A stretch of DNA of 64,000 nucleotides, from assembly GCA_963748015.1 (NCBI GenBank), contig CAVVHE010000008.1, positions 222,070 through 286,069 of the forward strand. Reading direction: 5' to 3'. Source of the DNA: Terriglobia bacterium. GTDB taxonomy: Bacteria > Acidobacteriota > Polarisedimenticolia > Polarisedimenticolales > JAIQFR01. Position 1 is the first letter of the stretch; each line of letters begins with the position of its first letter. Shown one piece after another: positions 31,340 through 41,891 of the stretch. The position numbers and the translations under genes were made by a program. The notes below the pieces were generated by a model. The model saw nothing but the letters and a program-made list of their open reading frames with translations, was not told where the DNA came from and did not search any database.

Positions 31340-32326
31340 ATGGACGCCGCCGCACAGACCCGCTATCGCGACGGATTGACCGACCGGCGCCGCCGGCTCG
31401 CCTCCGCGATCGACGCCCACGGCCCGAGCGAGGACCTCGGCCGCCTCATCGGCGAGGTGGACGCCGCGCTCGAGCGGATGCAGGGCGGAACTTACGGGAT
31501 CTGCGAGACCTGCCACGACCCGATCGAGGAGGACCGGCTCGCGGTCGATCCCCTCCTCCGCTTCTGCCTCGACCACCTGACCCCGCCGGAGCAGCGCGCC
31601 CTCGAGCAGGACCTCCAGCTCGCGGGCCGCATTCAGGGAGGCCTCCTCCCGCGGCCCGACGTGCGTGCCCACGGCTGGGAAGTCCACCGCCGCTACGAGC
31701 CGCTCGGCGCGGTGAGCGGCGACTACTGCGACCTCGTCGCCGCCGGCGGCGGGCCGGAGCAGTACCTGCTCCTCGGGGACGTCGCGGGCAAGGGCGTCTC
31801 GGCCTCCATCATGATGGCGCAGCTCCACGCCACGTTCCGGACGCTCATCGACTTCGGGCTCCCGCTCGAGACGCTCCTCGAGCGGGCGAACCGGATCTTC
31901 TGCGAGAGCGTGGCGTCGTCGAAGTACGCGACGCTGGTCTGCGCGAAGCTCGGCCCGTCCGGCGGCGTCGCCATAGCGAACGCCGGGCACCTTCCGCCGC
32001 TCCTCTTGAGCGCCGGTGGCGTCACGCCGTTCCCGGCATCGGGGCTCCCGATGGGTCTCTTCTGCTCGGGGAGCTTCTCGCTGCAGGCCGTCGCCCTCCG
32101 GCCCGGGGACACGCTGTTCCTCTACACGGACGGCCTCACCGAGGCGCGCAATCCCGCGGGAGAGGAATACGGTCTCGACCGCCTCGCGGCCTTCCTCGCC
32201 CCGCGTCGCGAGCTCTCCCCCGCCGCGTTGGCGGACGCCTGCCTCGCCGACCTCGCGTCCTTCGGCGCCGGCGTCCCGCGCACCGACGACCTCACGCTGA
32301 TGGTGGCGCGGCGGACCGGCTCCTAG
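31340..32326 (+). CDS. Fusion protein: DksA/TraR-type zinc finger + PP2C/SpoIIE-family protein phosphatase
   Basis: The N-terminal C-E-T-C-x17-C-L-D-H motif (nt about 31502-31576) has DksA spacing. The C-terminal SGDYCD...[17 protein letters not shown]...LYTDGLTEA...DDLTLMV is SpoIIE/PP2C. The alternative start is 31298. Confidence 0.7.
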   Translation: MDAAAQTRYRDGLTDRRRRLASAIDAHGPSEDLGRLIGEVDAALERMQGGTYGICETCHDPIEEDRLAVDPLLRFCLDHLTPPEQRALEQDLQLAGRIQGGLLPRPDVRAHGWEVHRRYEPLGAVSGDYCDLVAAGGGPEQYLLLGDVAGKGVSASIMMAQLHATFRTLIDFGLPLETLLERANRIFCESVASSKYATLVCAKLGPSGGVAIANAGHLPPLLLSAGGVTPFPASGLPMGLFCSGSFSLQAVALRPGDTLFLYTDGLTEARNPAGEEYGLDRLAAFLAPRRELSPAALADACLADLASFGAGVPRTDDLTLMVARRTGS

Positions 32327-33352
32327 ATGCCCGCGTTGCTGGAGGTCGAGAACCTCCGCGTCGCGTACGACGGCGCCGCGGGGCCCGTGCGCGCGGTGGA
32401 CGGCGTGTCGTTCGCCATCGAGGAGGGCGAGACCTACGCCCTCGTCGGCGAGTCCGGCTGCGGCAAGTCCGCGACCGCTCTCGCCGTGCTCCGGCTCGCC
32501 GAGCCCGGGCGCATCACCGGCGGCCGGATCGTGTTCGAGGGGCGCGACCTCACGGCGCTGCCCGAGCCCGAGATGCGCAAGGTGCGGGGGGCGAGGATCG
32601 GGATGATCTTCCAGGAGGCCGCCGCCGCGCTCAACCCGGTGATGCGGGTCGGCACGCAGGTCGGCGAGGCCCTGCGCATCCACCGCGGCCTCTCCAGGAA
32701 GGAAGCCGCCGCCGAGGCGGTCCGGCTCCTCCGCCTCGTCTCGCTCCCCGATCCCGAGCGGCAGGTCCGCGCGTATCCCCACGAGCTTTCGGGGGGCATG
32801 AAGCAGCGGGTCATGGCGGCGATCGCGCTGTCCTGCTCCCCGGCGCTCCTGATCGCCGACGAGCCGACCACCTCGGTCGACGTCACGATCCAGGCGCAGA
32901 TCCTGGCGCTCCTGCGCGACCTCAAGCGCTCGATGCGGCTGACCGTCCTGCTCATCACGCACGACCTGGGCGTGGTGGCCGAGAACGCCGACCGCGTCGG
33001 CGTCATGTACGCGGGACGGATGGCCGAGGAGGCGGGGGTGGCGGAGCTCTTTCGCGATCCCCGGCATCCCTACACCCGCGGGCTGCTCCGCTCGGTGATG
33101 GGCGCGCTCCCCGGCGAGCCCCCGCCGCCGGACGGACGGCGCCGGCGCCTCCCGACGCTTCCCGGAGCGGTTCCCGATCCCGCGGCACCTCCCGCGGGTT
33201 GCCGCTTCCACCCGAGGTGCCCGGAGGCGTTCGAGCCGTGCGCGCGCCTTGCGCCGCCGGACGTCCCGGTGGGGCCCCGCCGGCGCGCCGCCTGCTTTCT
33301 CGAGGACCCGGCGCACGCGCCGGCCCGAACCGCCCCGGGAGCGCGCGCATGA
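32327..33352 (+). CDS. ABC transporter ATP-binding protein, Opp/Dpp (peptide/nickel) D-type
   Basis: Walker A is GESGCGKS, the signature is LSGGMKQR and Walker B is LLIADEPTT. The oligopeptide C-terminal motif HPYTRGLL...CRFHPRC is present. The ATG directly follows the stop of the phosphatase gene. Confidence 0.85.
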   Translation: MPALLEVENLRVAYDGAAGPVRAVDGVSFAIEEGETYALVGESGCGKSATALAVLRLAEPGRITGGRIVFEGRDLTALPEPEMRKVRGARIGMIFQEAAAALNPVMRVGTQVGEALRIHRGLSRKEAAAEAVRLLRLVSLPDPERQVRAYPHELSGGMKQRVMAAIALSCSPALLIADEPTTSVDVTIQAQILALLRDLKRSMRLTVLLITHDLGVVAENADRVGVMYAGRMAEEAGVAELFRDPRHPYTRGLLRSVMGALPGEPPPPDGRRRRLPTLPGAVPDPAAPPAGCRFHPRCPEAFEPCARLAPPDVPVGPRRRAACFLEDPAHAPARTAPGARA

Positions 33353-34350
33353 GCGCGGGCGGGAAGGTCCTCGTCGAGGCCCGGGGGCTCGCGAAGTCGT
33401 TCGCCTCGCGCGGGCGGATCTTCGGCGGCAAGGGCCCGGCCGTGCGCGCGGTGGACGGCGTCGATCTCGACGTTCGCGAGGGAGAGACGCTCGGCCTCGT
33501 CGGCGAGTCGGGCTCGGGCAAGTCCACGACGGGGAGGATGCTGATCCGGCTGGTCGAGCCGGACGCCGGCTCGATCCGCTTCGACGGCGCCGACCTGCTC
33601 GCGCTCCCGCCGCGGGAGCTGCGCCGAAAGCGGCGGGAGTTCCAGCTCGTCTTCCAGGATCCGTACGGGTCGCTCAACCCGCGGATGCGCGTCGGGAGCA
33701 TCGTCGGCGAGCCGCTGGCGATCCACGGCATCGGCGCCACCCGGGCCGAGCGCAAGGCGCGGGTCGCCGAGCTGCTCGGCTGGGTCGGCCTCGACCCGTC
33801 CGTCGCGGACCGGTACCCTCACGAGTTTTCGGGAGGGCAGCGGCAGCGCATCGGCATCGCGCGGGCGATCGCGTGCTCGCCGCGGTTCGTCGTCGCGGAC
33901 GAGCCGGTGTCGGCGCTCGACCCGCCGGTGCAGGCCCAGATCGTGAACCTCCTGGTCGAGCTGCAGGAGCGTCTCGGCCTCGCGTACCTCTTCATCGCCC
34001 ACGACTTGCGGGTCGTCGAGCACATCAGCGACCGGGTCGCGGTGATGTACCTCGGGAGGATCGTCGAGGAGGCGGACGCCGCGTCGCTCTACCGCGAGCC
34101 GCTCCACCCCTACACGAAGGCGCTGCTGGCCTCGGCGCCGCGCCCCTCGCCCGGCCCGCCGGCCCCCCCGGCGCTGACCGGCGAGCCCCCCTCGCCGACG
34201 AGCCCCCCCTCGGGCTGCCGGTTCCACCCGCGGTGCCCGGTCGCCGACGAGGTCTGCGGGCGCCTCGACCCGGCCCTGCTCCCGGCGGGGGAGAGGCGCA
34301 AGGTCGCCTGCCACCGGATCCACCCCCCGGCCGGCAGGCAAGGCTCCTGA
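33349..34350 (+). CDS. ABC transporter ATP-binding protein, Opp/Dpp F-type
   Basis: [28 protein letters not shown] and HPYTKALL...CRFHPRC are present. The start shows an ATGA overlap with the upstream stop. Confidence 0.85.
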   Translation: MSAGGKVLVEARGLAKSFASRGRIFGGKGPAVRAVDGVDLDVREGETLGLVGESGSGKSTTGRMLIRLVEPDAGSIRFDGADLLALPPRELRRKRREFQLVFQDPYGSLNPRMRVGSIVGEPLAIHGIGATRAERKARVAELLGWVGLDPSVADRYPHEFSGGQRQRIGIARAIACSPRFVVADEPVSALDPPVQAQIVNLLVELQERLGLAYLFIAHDLRVVEHISDRVAVMYLGRIVEEADAASLYREPLHPYTKALLASAPRPSPGPPAPPALTGEPPSPTSPPSGCRFHPRCPVADEVCGRLDPALLPAGERRKVACHRIHPPAGRQGS

Positions 34351-34425
34351 AACCGGGGGTTGCAGCCAAGCGTAATAAATGCGAGAACTTCCAGTTCCGT
34401 TCCGGGAGAAGAGGGAGGGTTCGAG

Positions 34426-36065
34426 GTGAGACGCATCCTTATCGTGCTGCTGACGGCATGCCTGGTTTCTCTTTCGGCGACTCCGCCGCAGGCCGCCCCG
34501 CAGGCCGCGCCTGCGAACGAAGAGAACGGCCTCCGCATGTCCCTGGCGGAATGCCTCCAGAGGGCGCTGGAGAACAACCTGGATCTCGTGATCGCCAGGA
34601 AAGAACCCGAAGATCGCCGAGGTGGGTATCGAGACCGAGAAGGCCCCGTTCGATCCGGTCCTGCAAGCTTCAGGTACGTACTCTCGACACCCGCCGAGAC
34701 CGACAAGAAGACCAGGGACAAGAACCTATCTCGATCCTCCGAACGAAAGCGTGTCCGGTCGAATAGCGCGAGTCCCACGCGACACGCCGCTCCGGGGCGA
34801 TTTTTCGTTCGGCCAGTTGCTGAAGTTCGGAGGAGCGTACTCGGTCGACTTCACTTACAGCCAATCCAATCCGTCCGCGTCCCTGGTCACCCTCGGGCCC
34901 GGGTCTGACCTACCGAGCCGAGAGCAAGTCACGGAATTTCGTTCCGACGCTGAGCTTCACGCAGCCGCTCCTGAAGGGGTTCGGCACCGAAGTGAACACG
35001 TTCAGCCTTGTTCTCGCGAAAAGCAATTCGCCATCAGCAAGGAGACCCTCAAACTCAAAGCGCAGACCACCATCCAGCAGGTCGAGAACGCCTACTGGGA
35101 CCTTCTCGCGGCGCGAAAGCGGCCCAGAACGTGGCCAAGGAGTCGCTCAAGCTCGCGCAGGACCTCTACGACCTCAACAAGAAGAAGGTGGAGGTCGGGA
35201 CGCTCGCCCCGATCGAGATCACCCAGGCCGAGGCGGGCGTTGCGTCCCGCGAGGAAGGCGGTCATCGTCGCCGATACCGCGGTGCAAAACGCGCGAGGAC
35301 AACTTGCGCATCTGATGGCCGACCCAAGGACGATCCGTCGTGGTCCCGACGATTCTCCCGACGGACAGGCCGAAGTACGAGGACCGCAGCGGTGGACACG
35401 AGGCCGCTCTGCCAAGGCCCTCGAGCTCCGTCCCGGAGATCATGACTGCGCGGCAAGAGCTCCAAGACCAGCGAACTTTCCGAGCGAGTCGCGCGGAAGA
35501 ACGTAAGCACTCGTTGGACTGACGGCCGCATGGTCGCCTTACTGGGGAGGAACGAGCAGTACACACGAGTCCGGAACGTGATCAGCTCCGGCACTCGACG
35601 CCGATCGTCAGGCAACCGACAGGTACCATCGAGTCGCCGGGGCTGGAGCGTGAGGCCTCCTGTACGGCGTTCCCGATCCACAATCGCGCGGCCAAGGCGA
35701 ACTACGCCGATCGCGACGATCAATCGCGAAAAGCCGAGGTCGACCTGAAGAACACCGAGCAGACGATCCGCGTGGACGTGAGGACTGCGGCGCGCAACGT
35801 CGAGTCCGGCGTCAAGCGGGTCGCTGCGGCCCGCTCGAACACGGTACTCCAGCGAAAGACGGTCGAGGCCGAGCAGAAGAAGTTCGAGAACGGCATGTCC
35901 ACGTCGTTCGAGGTCCTGAGAATCCAGAACGACCTCTTCAGCGCCCAGCTCGCCGAGATCCAGGCGATCCTCTCCTACACCAAGTCGCTCGCCGATCTCG
36001 AGCGGGCGCAGGGAACCCTCCTCGAGGCCCGCGGCCTCAGCCTCGATCCGAAAGCGGGGCACTGA
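34426..36065 (+). pseudogene. TolC-family outer membrane efflux protein, reading frame broken many times (at least about 12 frame changes) as assembled
   Basis: A GTG start and signal peptide are present (VRRILIVLLTACLVSLSA). TolC-like segments are scattered over all three frames. Examples are LRMSLAECLQRALENNLDLVIARKEP; KIAEVGIETEKAPFDPVLQASGTY; PTLSFTQPLLKGFGTEVNTF; AISKETLKLKAQTTIQQVENAYWDLLAARK; AAQNVAKESLKLAQDLYDLNKKKVEVGTLAPIEITQAE. The final 97 aa (35772..36065) are intact. Confidence 0.75.
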
Positions 36066-36067
36066 CC

Positions 36068-36841
36068 ATGGAGGCCACACCGGGATCGACGGGCGCTACG
36101 AGCGAGATGGGGGCGGTCTCCCGGCTCTTCAACGTTTACTTCTCGCCCGCGAAGACCTTCGAGTCCATCGGCCGGAAGCGCGGATGGGACTGGCTCGTTC
36201 CCGTGGTCATCCTCATCGCGCTCAGCATCCTCGGCGCGCTGATCATCTCGCCGAAGCTCGACGTGGACGACGCGGTCCGCATGCAGATGCAGCGGATCGA
36301 GAAGATGCGGCCGGGGATGACGGACGAAGATCGCGCGAAGATCGAGGAGGCGTCGCGGAAAGGCATGAAGTCCATGACCAGCGGGCCGTGGCGGTTCATC
36401 ACGGCCATGTTCGTGCCGATCATGATCTTCTTCGTGCCGCTGCTCTACCACGGCATCGCGATGGCCTGGGGGAAGGCCACCGGCTATCTCACGGTGGTCG
36501 CGGCCTACGCCTACGTGCAGATGGTCCAAGTGCTCAAGGGGATCCTCATGATCGCCGTGGCGGCGCCGCGGAAGAGCATCGGCATCATGGAGATCAACTC
36601 CCTCCTGAAGTCCAACCTCGGCGCCTTCATGAACCCTGAGACGGCGAGCCGCCCGCTGCTGACCCTCGCATCGAACGTGGACATCTTCGAGATCTGGGCG
36701 ATCGTGGTCGGCGCGATCGCCCTCTCGCGGGTCACCCGGCTCTCGCTCAAGGGCGCGACCTTCACGGTCGTCGGTCTCTGGGCCCTCTGGGTCTGTGTTC
36801 AGCTCGCGGGCGCCGTGATCGGCGCCGCTTTCGGCGGGTAG
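36068..36841 (+). CDS. Yip1-domain integral membrane protein
   Basis: The 257-aa product has the N-terminal [15 protein letters not shown] motif followed by about 5 TM helices, an architecture typical of YIP1/DUF1282 proteins. Confidence 0.55.
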   Translation: MEATPGSTGATSEMGAVSRLFNVYFSPAKTFESIGRKRGWDWLVPVVILIALSILGALIISPKLDVDDAVRMQMQRIEKMRPGMTDEDRAKIEEASRKGMKSMTSGPWRFITAMFVPIMIFFVPLLYHGIAMAWGKATGYLTVVAAYAYVQMVQVLKGILMIAVAAPRKSIGIMEINSLLKSNLGAFMNPETASRPLLTLASNVDIFEIWAIVVGAIALSRVTRLSLKGATFTVVGLWALWVCVQLAGAVIGAAFGG

Positions 36842-36853
36842 GTCGAGGCGAAG

Positions 36854-38236
36854 GTGACGAATCTCCAGAAATCGCTCGTCGGCGGCGGGGTCGTCGTCGT
36901 GCTCGGCGTCATCGTGACCGCCTCCCTCCTCAGCCGGCAGCAGGCGAAGGGGGAAGAGGTCTACATGTCCAAGGCGGAGAAGAAGGACGTGATCTCCGCC
37001 GTCAGCGCGTCGGGACGCATCCAGCCCCGCAAGAAGGTCAACGTCCAGTCCCAGGTCATGGGCGAGATCGTGAAGCTGCCGGTGAAGGAGGGGGACCCCG
37101 TCAAGAGGGACGATCTCCTCGTCCAGCTCAAGCCCGACCAGTACAAGTCCGAGGTGGACCGGCTCGAGGCGAATCTCCGCATGGGACGGATCGCCCTGGA
37201 GCAGCAGGAGGTTGCGCTCGAGAACAGCCGCCGGACCTTGAAGCGGAATCGCGCGCTCTACGCCGACCAGCTGATCTCCCCCGAGATCCTCGAGAAGAAC
37301 GAGCTGGAGGTGAAGAGCGGCGAGATCAACCTCAAGAGCCTCAACGAGCAGATCTCGCAGTCCGAGGCGAGCCTCGCCACCGCCAGGGACTGGCTGCGGA
37401 AGACCACCATCGTCTCGCCGATCGACGGGATCGTGACCCTGCTCAACGCGGAGCTGGGCGAGATGACGCTCACCGGCACGATGAACAACCCGGGAACGGT
37501 GATCATGGTGGTCTCCGACATGGGCGAGGTCCTCGCCGAGGTGGACGTGGACGAGACCCGCGTGGTCCAGGTCCAGCCGGGGCAGACGGCGCGGGTGACC
37601 GTGGACGCGGTCGGCGAGACGCACCCCTACGACGGCACGGTCTCGGAGATCGGCGGGACGGCGACGACGCGGTCCGGACAGCAGGTTCTCGTCTTCCCGG
37701 TCAAGATCGCGCTGGCCAAGCCCGACGCGTCGCTCCGGCCCGGCATGACCGCGAAGGCTCGGATCGAGACGAAGCGCGCCGACGGCGCCGTCACGGTCCC
37801 GATCCAGGCGGTGCTCATGCGCCCGGTGGCCGAGGTGGACAAGCTGCTCGCCGAGCGGGCCAAGGGCGGCAAGGGCAAGGGCGGCTCCGAACCCAAGCCG
37901 GCGGCCGGCGAGGCCAAGGCGGCCGAGGGCGCCGCGACGGGCTCGCCCGCCGTGGCGGTCGCCGCGGCCGCGAAGACGGGCCTCGCGGCCTCCGACATGC
38001 GCGAGGTCGTGCTGAAGGTGGTCGACGGGAAGACGGTTCTCGTTCCGGTCAAGACCGGCATCAGCGACGAGACCCACGTCGTGATCCTCGAGGGGGTCGC
38101 GGTCGGGGACACCGTGGTCACCGGCCCCTACCGCGCGACGAAGAAGCTCAAGGACGGCGAAGCGGTCAAGGAATCGAGCGGCAAGACGAAGGGCAAGGAC
38201 GAAGAGGGCTCCGGGAGCGAGTCCGGCATCGACTGA
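36854..38236 (+). CDS. Efflux transporter periplasmic adaptor subunit (HlyD/MacA family)
   Basis: An N-terminal TM helix, a long coiled-coil hairpin and beta-barrel motifs ([29 protein letters not shown]) are present. The start is a GTG. Confidence 0.8.
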   Translation: MTNLQKSLVGGGVVVVLGVIVTASLLSRQQAKGEEVYMSKAEKKDVISAVSASGRIQPRKKVNVQSQVMGEIVKLPVKEGDPVKRDDLLVQLKPDQYKSEVDRLEANLRMGRIALEQQEVALENSRRTLKRNRALYADQLISPEILEKNELEVKSGEINLKSLNEQISQSEASLATARDWLRKTTIVSPIDGIVTLLNAELGEMTLTGTMNNPGTVIMVVSDMGEVLAEVDVDETRVVQVQPGQTARVTVDAVGETHPYDGTVSEIGGTATTRSGQQVLVFPVKIALAKPDASLRPGMTAKARIETKRADGAVTVPIQAVLMRPVAEVDKLLAERAKGGKGKGGSEPKPAAGEAKAAEGAATGSPAVAVAAAAKTGLAASDMREVVLKVVDGKTVLVPVKTGISDETHVVILEGVAVGDTVVTGPYRATKKLKDGEAVKESSGKTKGKDEEGSGSESGID

Positions 38237-38265
38237 CGCCCGCGCGGGCGAGACGAAGGCGCGAG

Positions 38266-38982
38266 ATGGAATCGCTGATCATCCTCGACGACGTCCACAA
38301 GAACTACGACATGGGCCAGGCCCAGGTGAACGCCCTGGACGGGGTCTCGATCGAGATCCAGAAGGGCGACTACGTCGCGGTCATGGGGCCGTCCGGCTCG
38401 GGGAAATCTACCCTGATGAACCTGATCGGCTGCCTCGACTCCCCGACGACCGGCTCGTACCGCCTCAAGGGGCAGGAGATCGGCGCCCTCGTGGACGACG
38501 ACCTGGCGAGGATCCGCAACCGCGAGATCGGCTTCATCTTCCAGACGTTCAACCTCCTCCCCAGGACCGACGCGCTGCAGAACGTCGAGCTGCCGCTGAT
38601 CTACTCCGGCGTCTCGAGGCGCGAGCGTCACGAGCGCGCCAAGCACGCGCTCGAAGCGGTGGGCCTCGCCGACCGGATGCACCACCGCCCCAACGAGATG
38701 TCGGGCGGGCAGCGCCAGCGCGTCGCGATCGCCCGCGCGCTCGTGAACAACCCCGCGATCCTCCTCGCGGACGAGCCGACGGGGAACCTCGACTCGCGCA
38801 CGGGCGACGAGATCATGGCGCTCGTCGACAAGCTCCACGCCGACGGGAACACGCTGATCCTCGTGACCCACGAGGACGACCTCGCGAGGCGCGCGGGTCG
38901 CGTGATCCGCCTCCGCGACGGCAAGATCTTGTCGGACACCCTGAATCACCGCGACGGGACCCCCGCAAGCGCCGGTGCGTGA
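38266..38982 (+). CDS. ABC transporter ATP-binding protein (MacB/LolD family)
   Basis: [25 protein letters not shown] and [11 protein letters not shown] are present. Confidence 0.9.
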   Translation: MESLIILDDVHKNYDMGQAQVNALDGVSIEIQKGDYVAVMGPSGSGKSTLMNLIGCLDSPTTGSYRLKGQEIGALVDDDLARIRNREIGFIFQTFNLLPRTDALQNVELPLIYSGVSRRERHERAKHALEAVGLADRMHHRPNEMSGGQRQRVAIARALVNNPAILLADEPTGNLDSRTGDEIMALVDKLHADGNTLILVTHEDDLARRAGRVIRLRDGKILSDTLNHRDGTPASAGA

Positions 38983-38985
38983 CCC

Positions 38986-40200
38986 GTGTTCCTCGAAAAC
39001 CTGATCGTCGCGCTGAAGTCGCTCTGGTCGAACAAGATGCGGTCGTTCCTCACGACGCTGGGGATCGTCATCGGCGTCGCGGCGGTCATCGCGGTCGTGT
39101 CGATCGTCCAGGGCTTCAGCCAGGTCATCACGGCCGAGATCGAGAACCTCGGATCCAACTCGGTCGTCATCGGGCCGCGGCGGCCTTCCGGCAAGGAGGG
39201 CGAGAAGCTCTCTCGCGTCGAGCTGACGTACGAGGACGGACTGGCGCTCGTGGCGGCGAGCCGCTACGTCGAGGCGGTCGCGCCGATCATCCAGCAGTTC
39301 GGCCGCGTCAAGGCGGGGGAGGAGTCGGGCGACTTCCCGGTGATCGGCACCACGCCGATCTTCCAGGACCTGCGGAACTACTACGTGGAGAGCGGCCGCT
39401 TCTTCAGCGCGGTGGACGATCGCGAGCGCCAGAAGGTCTGCGTGGTCGGCCACGGCCTGCTGAAGGAGCTGAAGCTGCCGGCGAATCCCCTCGGGCGCAC
39501 CCTCACGGTGGCCGGCGACGCGTACCGGATCATCGGCGTCATGGAGGCCAAGGGGCAGCTCCTCGGCCAGGACTTCGACAAGTTCGTGATGATCCCCTTC
39601 GGCACCGCGGTGGGCGTGTACGGCGACAACGTCTCGAAGCAGGTGGCCCTGCTCGTCCACGTGAAGGCCGCCGCCAACGTGGATCGCGCCACGGCCGAGA
39701 TGGAGAACTTCCTGAGGATCCGCCACCGTCTCCGCTCCGACCAGCCCAACGACTTCGAGATCACCTCCCAGACCCAGATCCTGAAGTCGTTCAGCAAGTT
39801 CGCGAACGGCGTGACCTACGTGGTGGCCGGCGTCGTCTCGATCGCGCTCCTCGTCGGCGGCATCGGGATCATGAACATCATGCTGGTGTCGGTCACCGAG
39901 CGGACGCGGGAGATCGGCGTCCGGAAGGCGGTCGGCGCGCGGCGCTCGCACATCATGGTGCAGTTCGTGATCGAGGCCGTGGTGCTCGCGCTGATGGGCG
40001 GAATGGTCGGGATCTTCCTGGGGGTCCTCACCGGGATGCTCGCCGCCAAGCTGATCCCGAACTGGCCCGGCGCCTTCGTCCCGGTCTGGGCCGTCGTTCT
40101 CTCGTTCGGCTTCTCCTCCGCGGTCGGTCTGTTCTTCGGCATCTACCCCGCCGCCAAGGCCGCGCGCCTCGACCCGATCGAGTCCCTCCGCTACGAGTAG
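38986..40200 (+). CDS. ABC transporter permease (MacB/FtsX family)
   Basis: The product has a MacB_PCD-type periplasmic domain between TM1 and TM2. A C-terminal FtsX domain (REIGVRKAVGARRSHIMVQF) is present. The start is a GTG. Confidence 0.85.
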   Translation: MFLENLIVALKSLWSNKMRSFLTTLGIVIGVAAVIAVVSIVQGFSQVITAEIENLGSNSVVIGPRRPSGKEGEKLSRVELTYEDGLALVAASRYVEAVAPIIQQFGRVKAGEESGDFPVIGTTPIFQDLRNYYVESGRFFSAVDDRERQKVCVVGHGLLKELKLPANPLGRTLTVAGDAYRIIGVMEAKGQLLGQDFDKFVMIPFGTAVGVYGDNVSKQVALLVHVKAAANVDRATAEMENFLRIRHRLRSDQPNDFEITSQTQILKSFSKFANGVTYVVAGVVSIALLVGGIGIMNIMLVSVTERTREIGVRKAVGARRSHIMVQFVIEAVVLALMGGMVGIFLGVLTGMLAAKLIPNWPGAFVPVWAVVLSFGFSSAVGLFFGIYPAAKAARLDPIESLRYE

Positions 40201-40288
40201 GCCGCCCGCGCGCGGCTTCCGGACAGGCCTGTTTTTGACAGTCCCCGGGGCGCGGGATACCATCCCAAGAGGCGTGGGAGGGATTCGA

Positions 40289-40942
40289 GTGGACATCTTC
40301 GGGAGCTTGCCGGGGGCGCTTTGGAAGCACTACCTGGCCGGCGGTTTCGCCATGCACCCGATCACCCTCTGCTCGCTCGTCGCGCTCGCCGCCATCGTCT
40401 ACAAGCTGATCGTCTTTCGCCGCGCCCGCATGGACACGGGAGAGTTCCTCGCGAGCATCCGCGCGGCGCTCCTCGACGGGAGGGTGAAGGAGGCGGTGGA
40501 GACCTGCCGCCGCCACCGCGGTCCCGTCGCCGTCTCCGTGAGGGCCGGCCTCCTCAAGCACGGCGCGCCGCCCGAAGTGGTGGACCGCGCGATGGAGCAC
40601 GCCGCGCTCGCCGAGATCGCGTACCTCGAGCGGTACCTCCCGCTCCTCGCGAGCATCACCGCCATCGCCCCGCTGCTGGGGTTCCTCGGCACCGTGACCG
40701 GGCTCATCGTCGCCTTCGACGCGGTCTCCGAGCAGGGGCTCGGCAACCCCGGCGTCGTCGCGCAGGGGATGTCGGTCGCCCTGCACGCGACGGCGTGGGG
40801 GCTGGTCGTCGCCTTCGTGACCAAGGCTTTCCACGATTACTTCTCCAACCGCGTCGGCACCCACGCCCGCGAGATGGAGATCGCCGCGTGCGCCGTCGTC
40901 GAGACCTTCTCCGACGTGGAGCGGATCGGAACGAAGGTCTGA
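40289..40942 (+). CDS. exbB: MotA/TolQ/ExbB proton-channel protein
   Basis: LASITAIAPLLGFLGTVTGLIVAF...ALHATAWGLVVA is typical of this family. I prefer the GTG at 40289 (GGGAGGG upstream), but the start is uncertain (ORF-track start 40235). Confidence 0.75.
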   Translation: MDIFGSLPGALWKHYLAGGFAMHPITLCSLVALAAIVYKLIVFRRARMDTGEFLASIRAALLDGRVKEAVETCRRHRGPVAVSVRAGLLKHGAPPEVVDRAMEHAALAEIAYLERYLPLLASITAIAPLLGFLGTVTGLIVAFDAVSEQGLGNPGVVAQGMSVALHATAWGLVVAFVTKAFHDYFSNRVGTHAREMEIAACAVVETFSDVERIGTKV

Positions 40943-40983
40943 AGCCTTCGCTCCGCCGCGCCACGGGTGCCGGGGGCGGCGTC

Positions 40984-41400
40984 TTGGCCGTGCCGCTGGC
41001 GACCCTCGCTGCCCTGCTCGCGCCTTTCCTCCTCCTGGCGCTCGTTTCCGAGGCGGACCGCAGCCGCGTGGGCCTCCCGGTTTCGGAGATCCGCGTCGCC
41101 GCTCCTCGCGGGGCCGCGTGCGTCGTGATCGCGAGGGAGGCCGGAGAGGAGCAGTGGGGGAGTCTCGTCTACCGGTTCACGGACGGGCGGGAGGCGAGCC
41201 GCCGCCTCGGCGGGCCCACCGACATCTTCCTCGCCGCCCTGCGGGTGGTCGCGGAGGACCCCGACCGGCCGTTCGCGATCAAGGCGGACGCCGGCGTGCG
41301 GTACGGTCTCGTGGACGACGTGCTGGAGCAGCTCCGCAAGGCGGGCGTCCGCGAGCTGGTCCTCCTCACCGGGCCGCCGCCGAAGGGGCCGGCGTCATGA
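40984..41400 (+). CDS. exbD: ExbD/TolR-like biopolymer transport protein (start codon uncertain: CTG 40939, TTG 40984 or GTG 40990)
   Basis: A single TM helix is followed by ...FAIKADAGVRYGLVDDVLEQLRKAGVRELVLLT. No ATG is available in this frame after the exbB stop. Confidence 0.5.
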   Translation: MAVPLATLAALLAPFLLLALVSEADRSRVGLPVSEIRVAAPRGAACVVIAREAGEEQWGSLVYRFTDGREASRRLGGPTDIFLAALRVVAEDPDRPFAIKADAGVRYGLVDDVLEQLRKAGVRELVLLTGPPPKGPAS

Positions 41401-41891
41401 GGCTGCGCACCGGAGGAAGCCGCGCGGACATCCCCGCCGCCCCGGCCGCGGCGCTGTCCCTGCTCCTGATCCTGCTCGTGGGGCTCTCGGCGGCGTTTTC
41501 CTCGGATCGTGGCCTGGTGGTGCGGCTCGGGGGCAGGACGGAGCGCGCGACGCTGCCCGAGCCGGCCGCGGCGGTGTTCCTCTCGGTGCTGCCGGACGCC
41601 TCGCTGGTCCTCGATGGCGAGCCGGTGCCGCTCGAGCTGCTCCTCTCCCGGGTCGAGTCGAAGATCGGCCGGCACGCGTCGAGACCCGTCGTCCTCCACG
41701 TCACGGACGATGCGCCGTACGCGATGATGGTCGCGGTCGTGGACCGCCTCGCGCGGGGGGATGCCGCGACGGGATTCAGGGTGCGCCGCCTGATGATCCC
41801 CACCCACGCGGAGATCCGGGACTGGGCGAGGGCGCTCGGACGCGATCCGTTCGGCACGGGGGCCGCGGCGGTCGCCGAGGACCATCCGTGA
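41397..41891 (+). CDS. exbD: ExbD/TolR-like biopolymer transport protein (second copy)
   Basis: The start shows an ATGA overlap with the upstream stop. A TM helix is followed by VVLHVTDDAPYAMMVAVVDRL. Confidence 0.5.
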   Translation: MRLRTGGSRADIPAAPAAALSLLLILLVGLSAAFSSDRGLVVRLGGRTERATLPEPAAAVFLSVLPDASLVLDGEPVPLELLLSRVESKIGRHASRPVVLHVTDDAPYAMMVAVVDRLARGDAATGFRVRRLMIPTHAEIRDWARALGRDPFGTGAAAVAEDHP

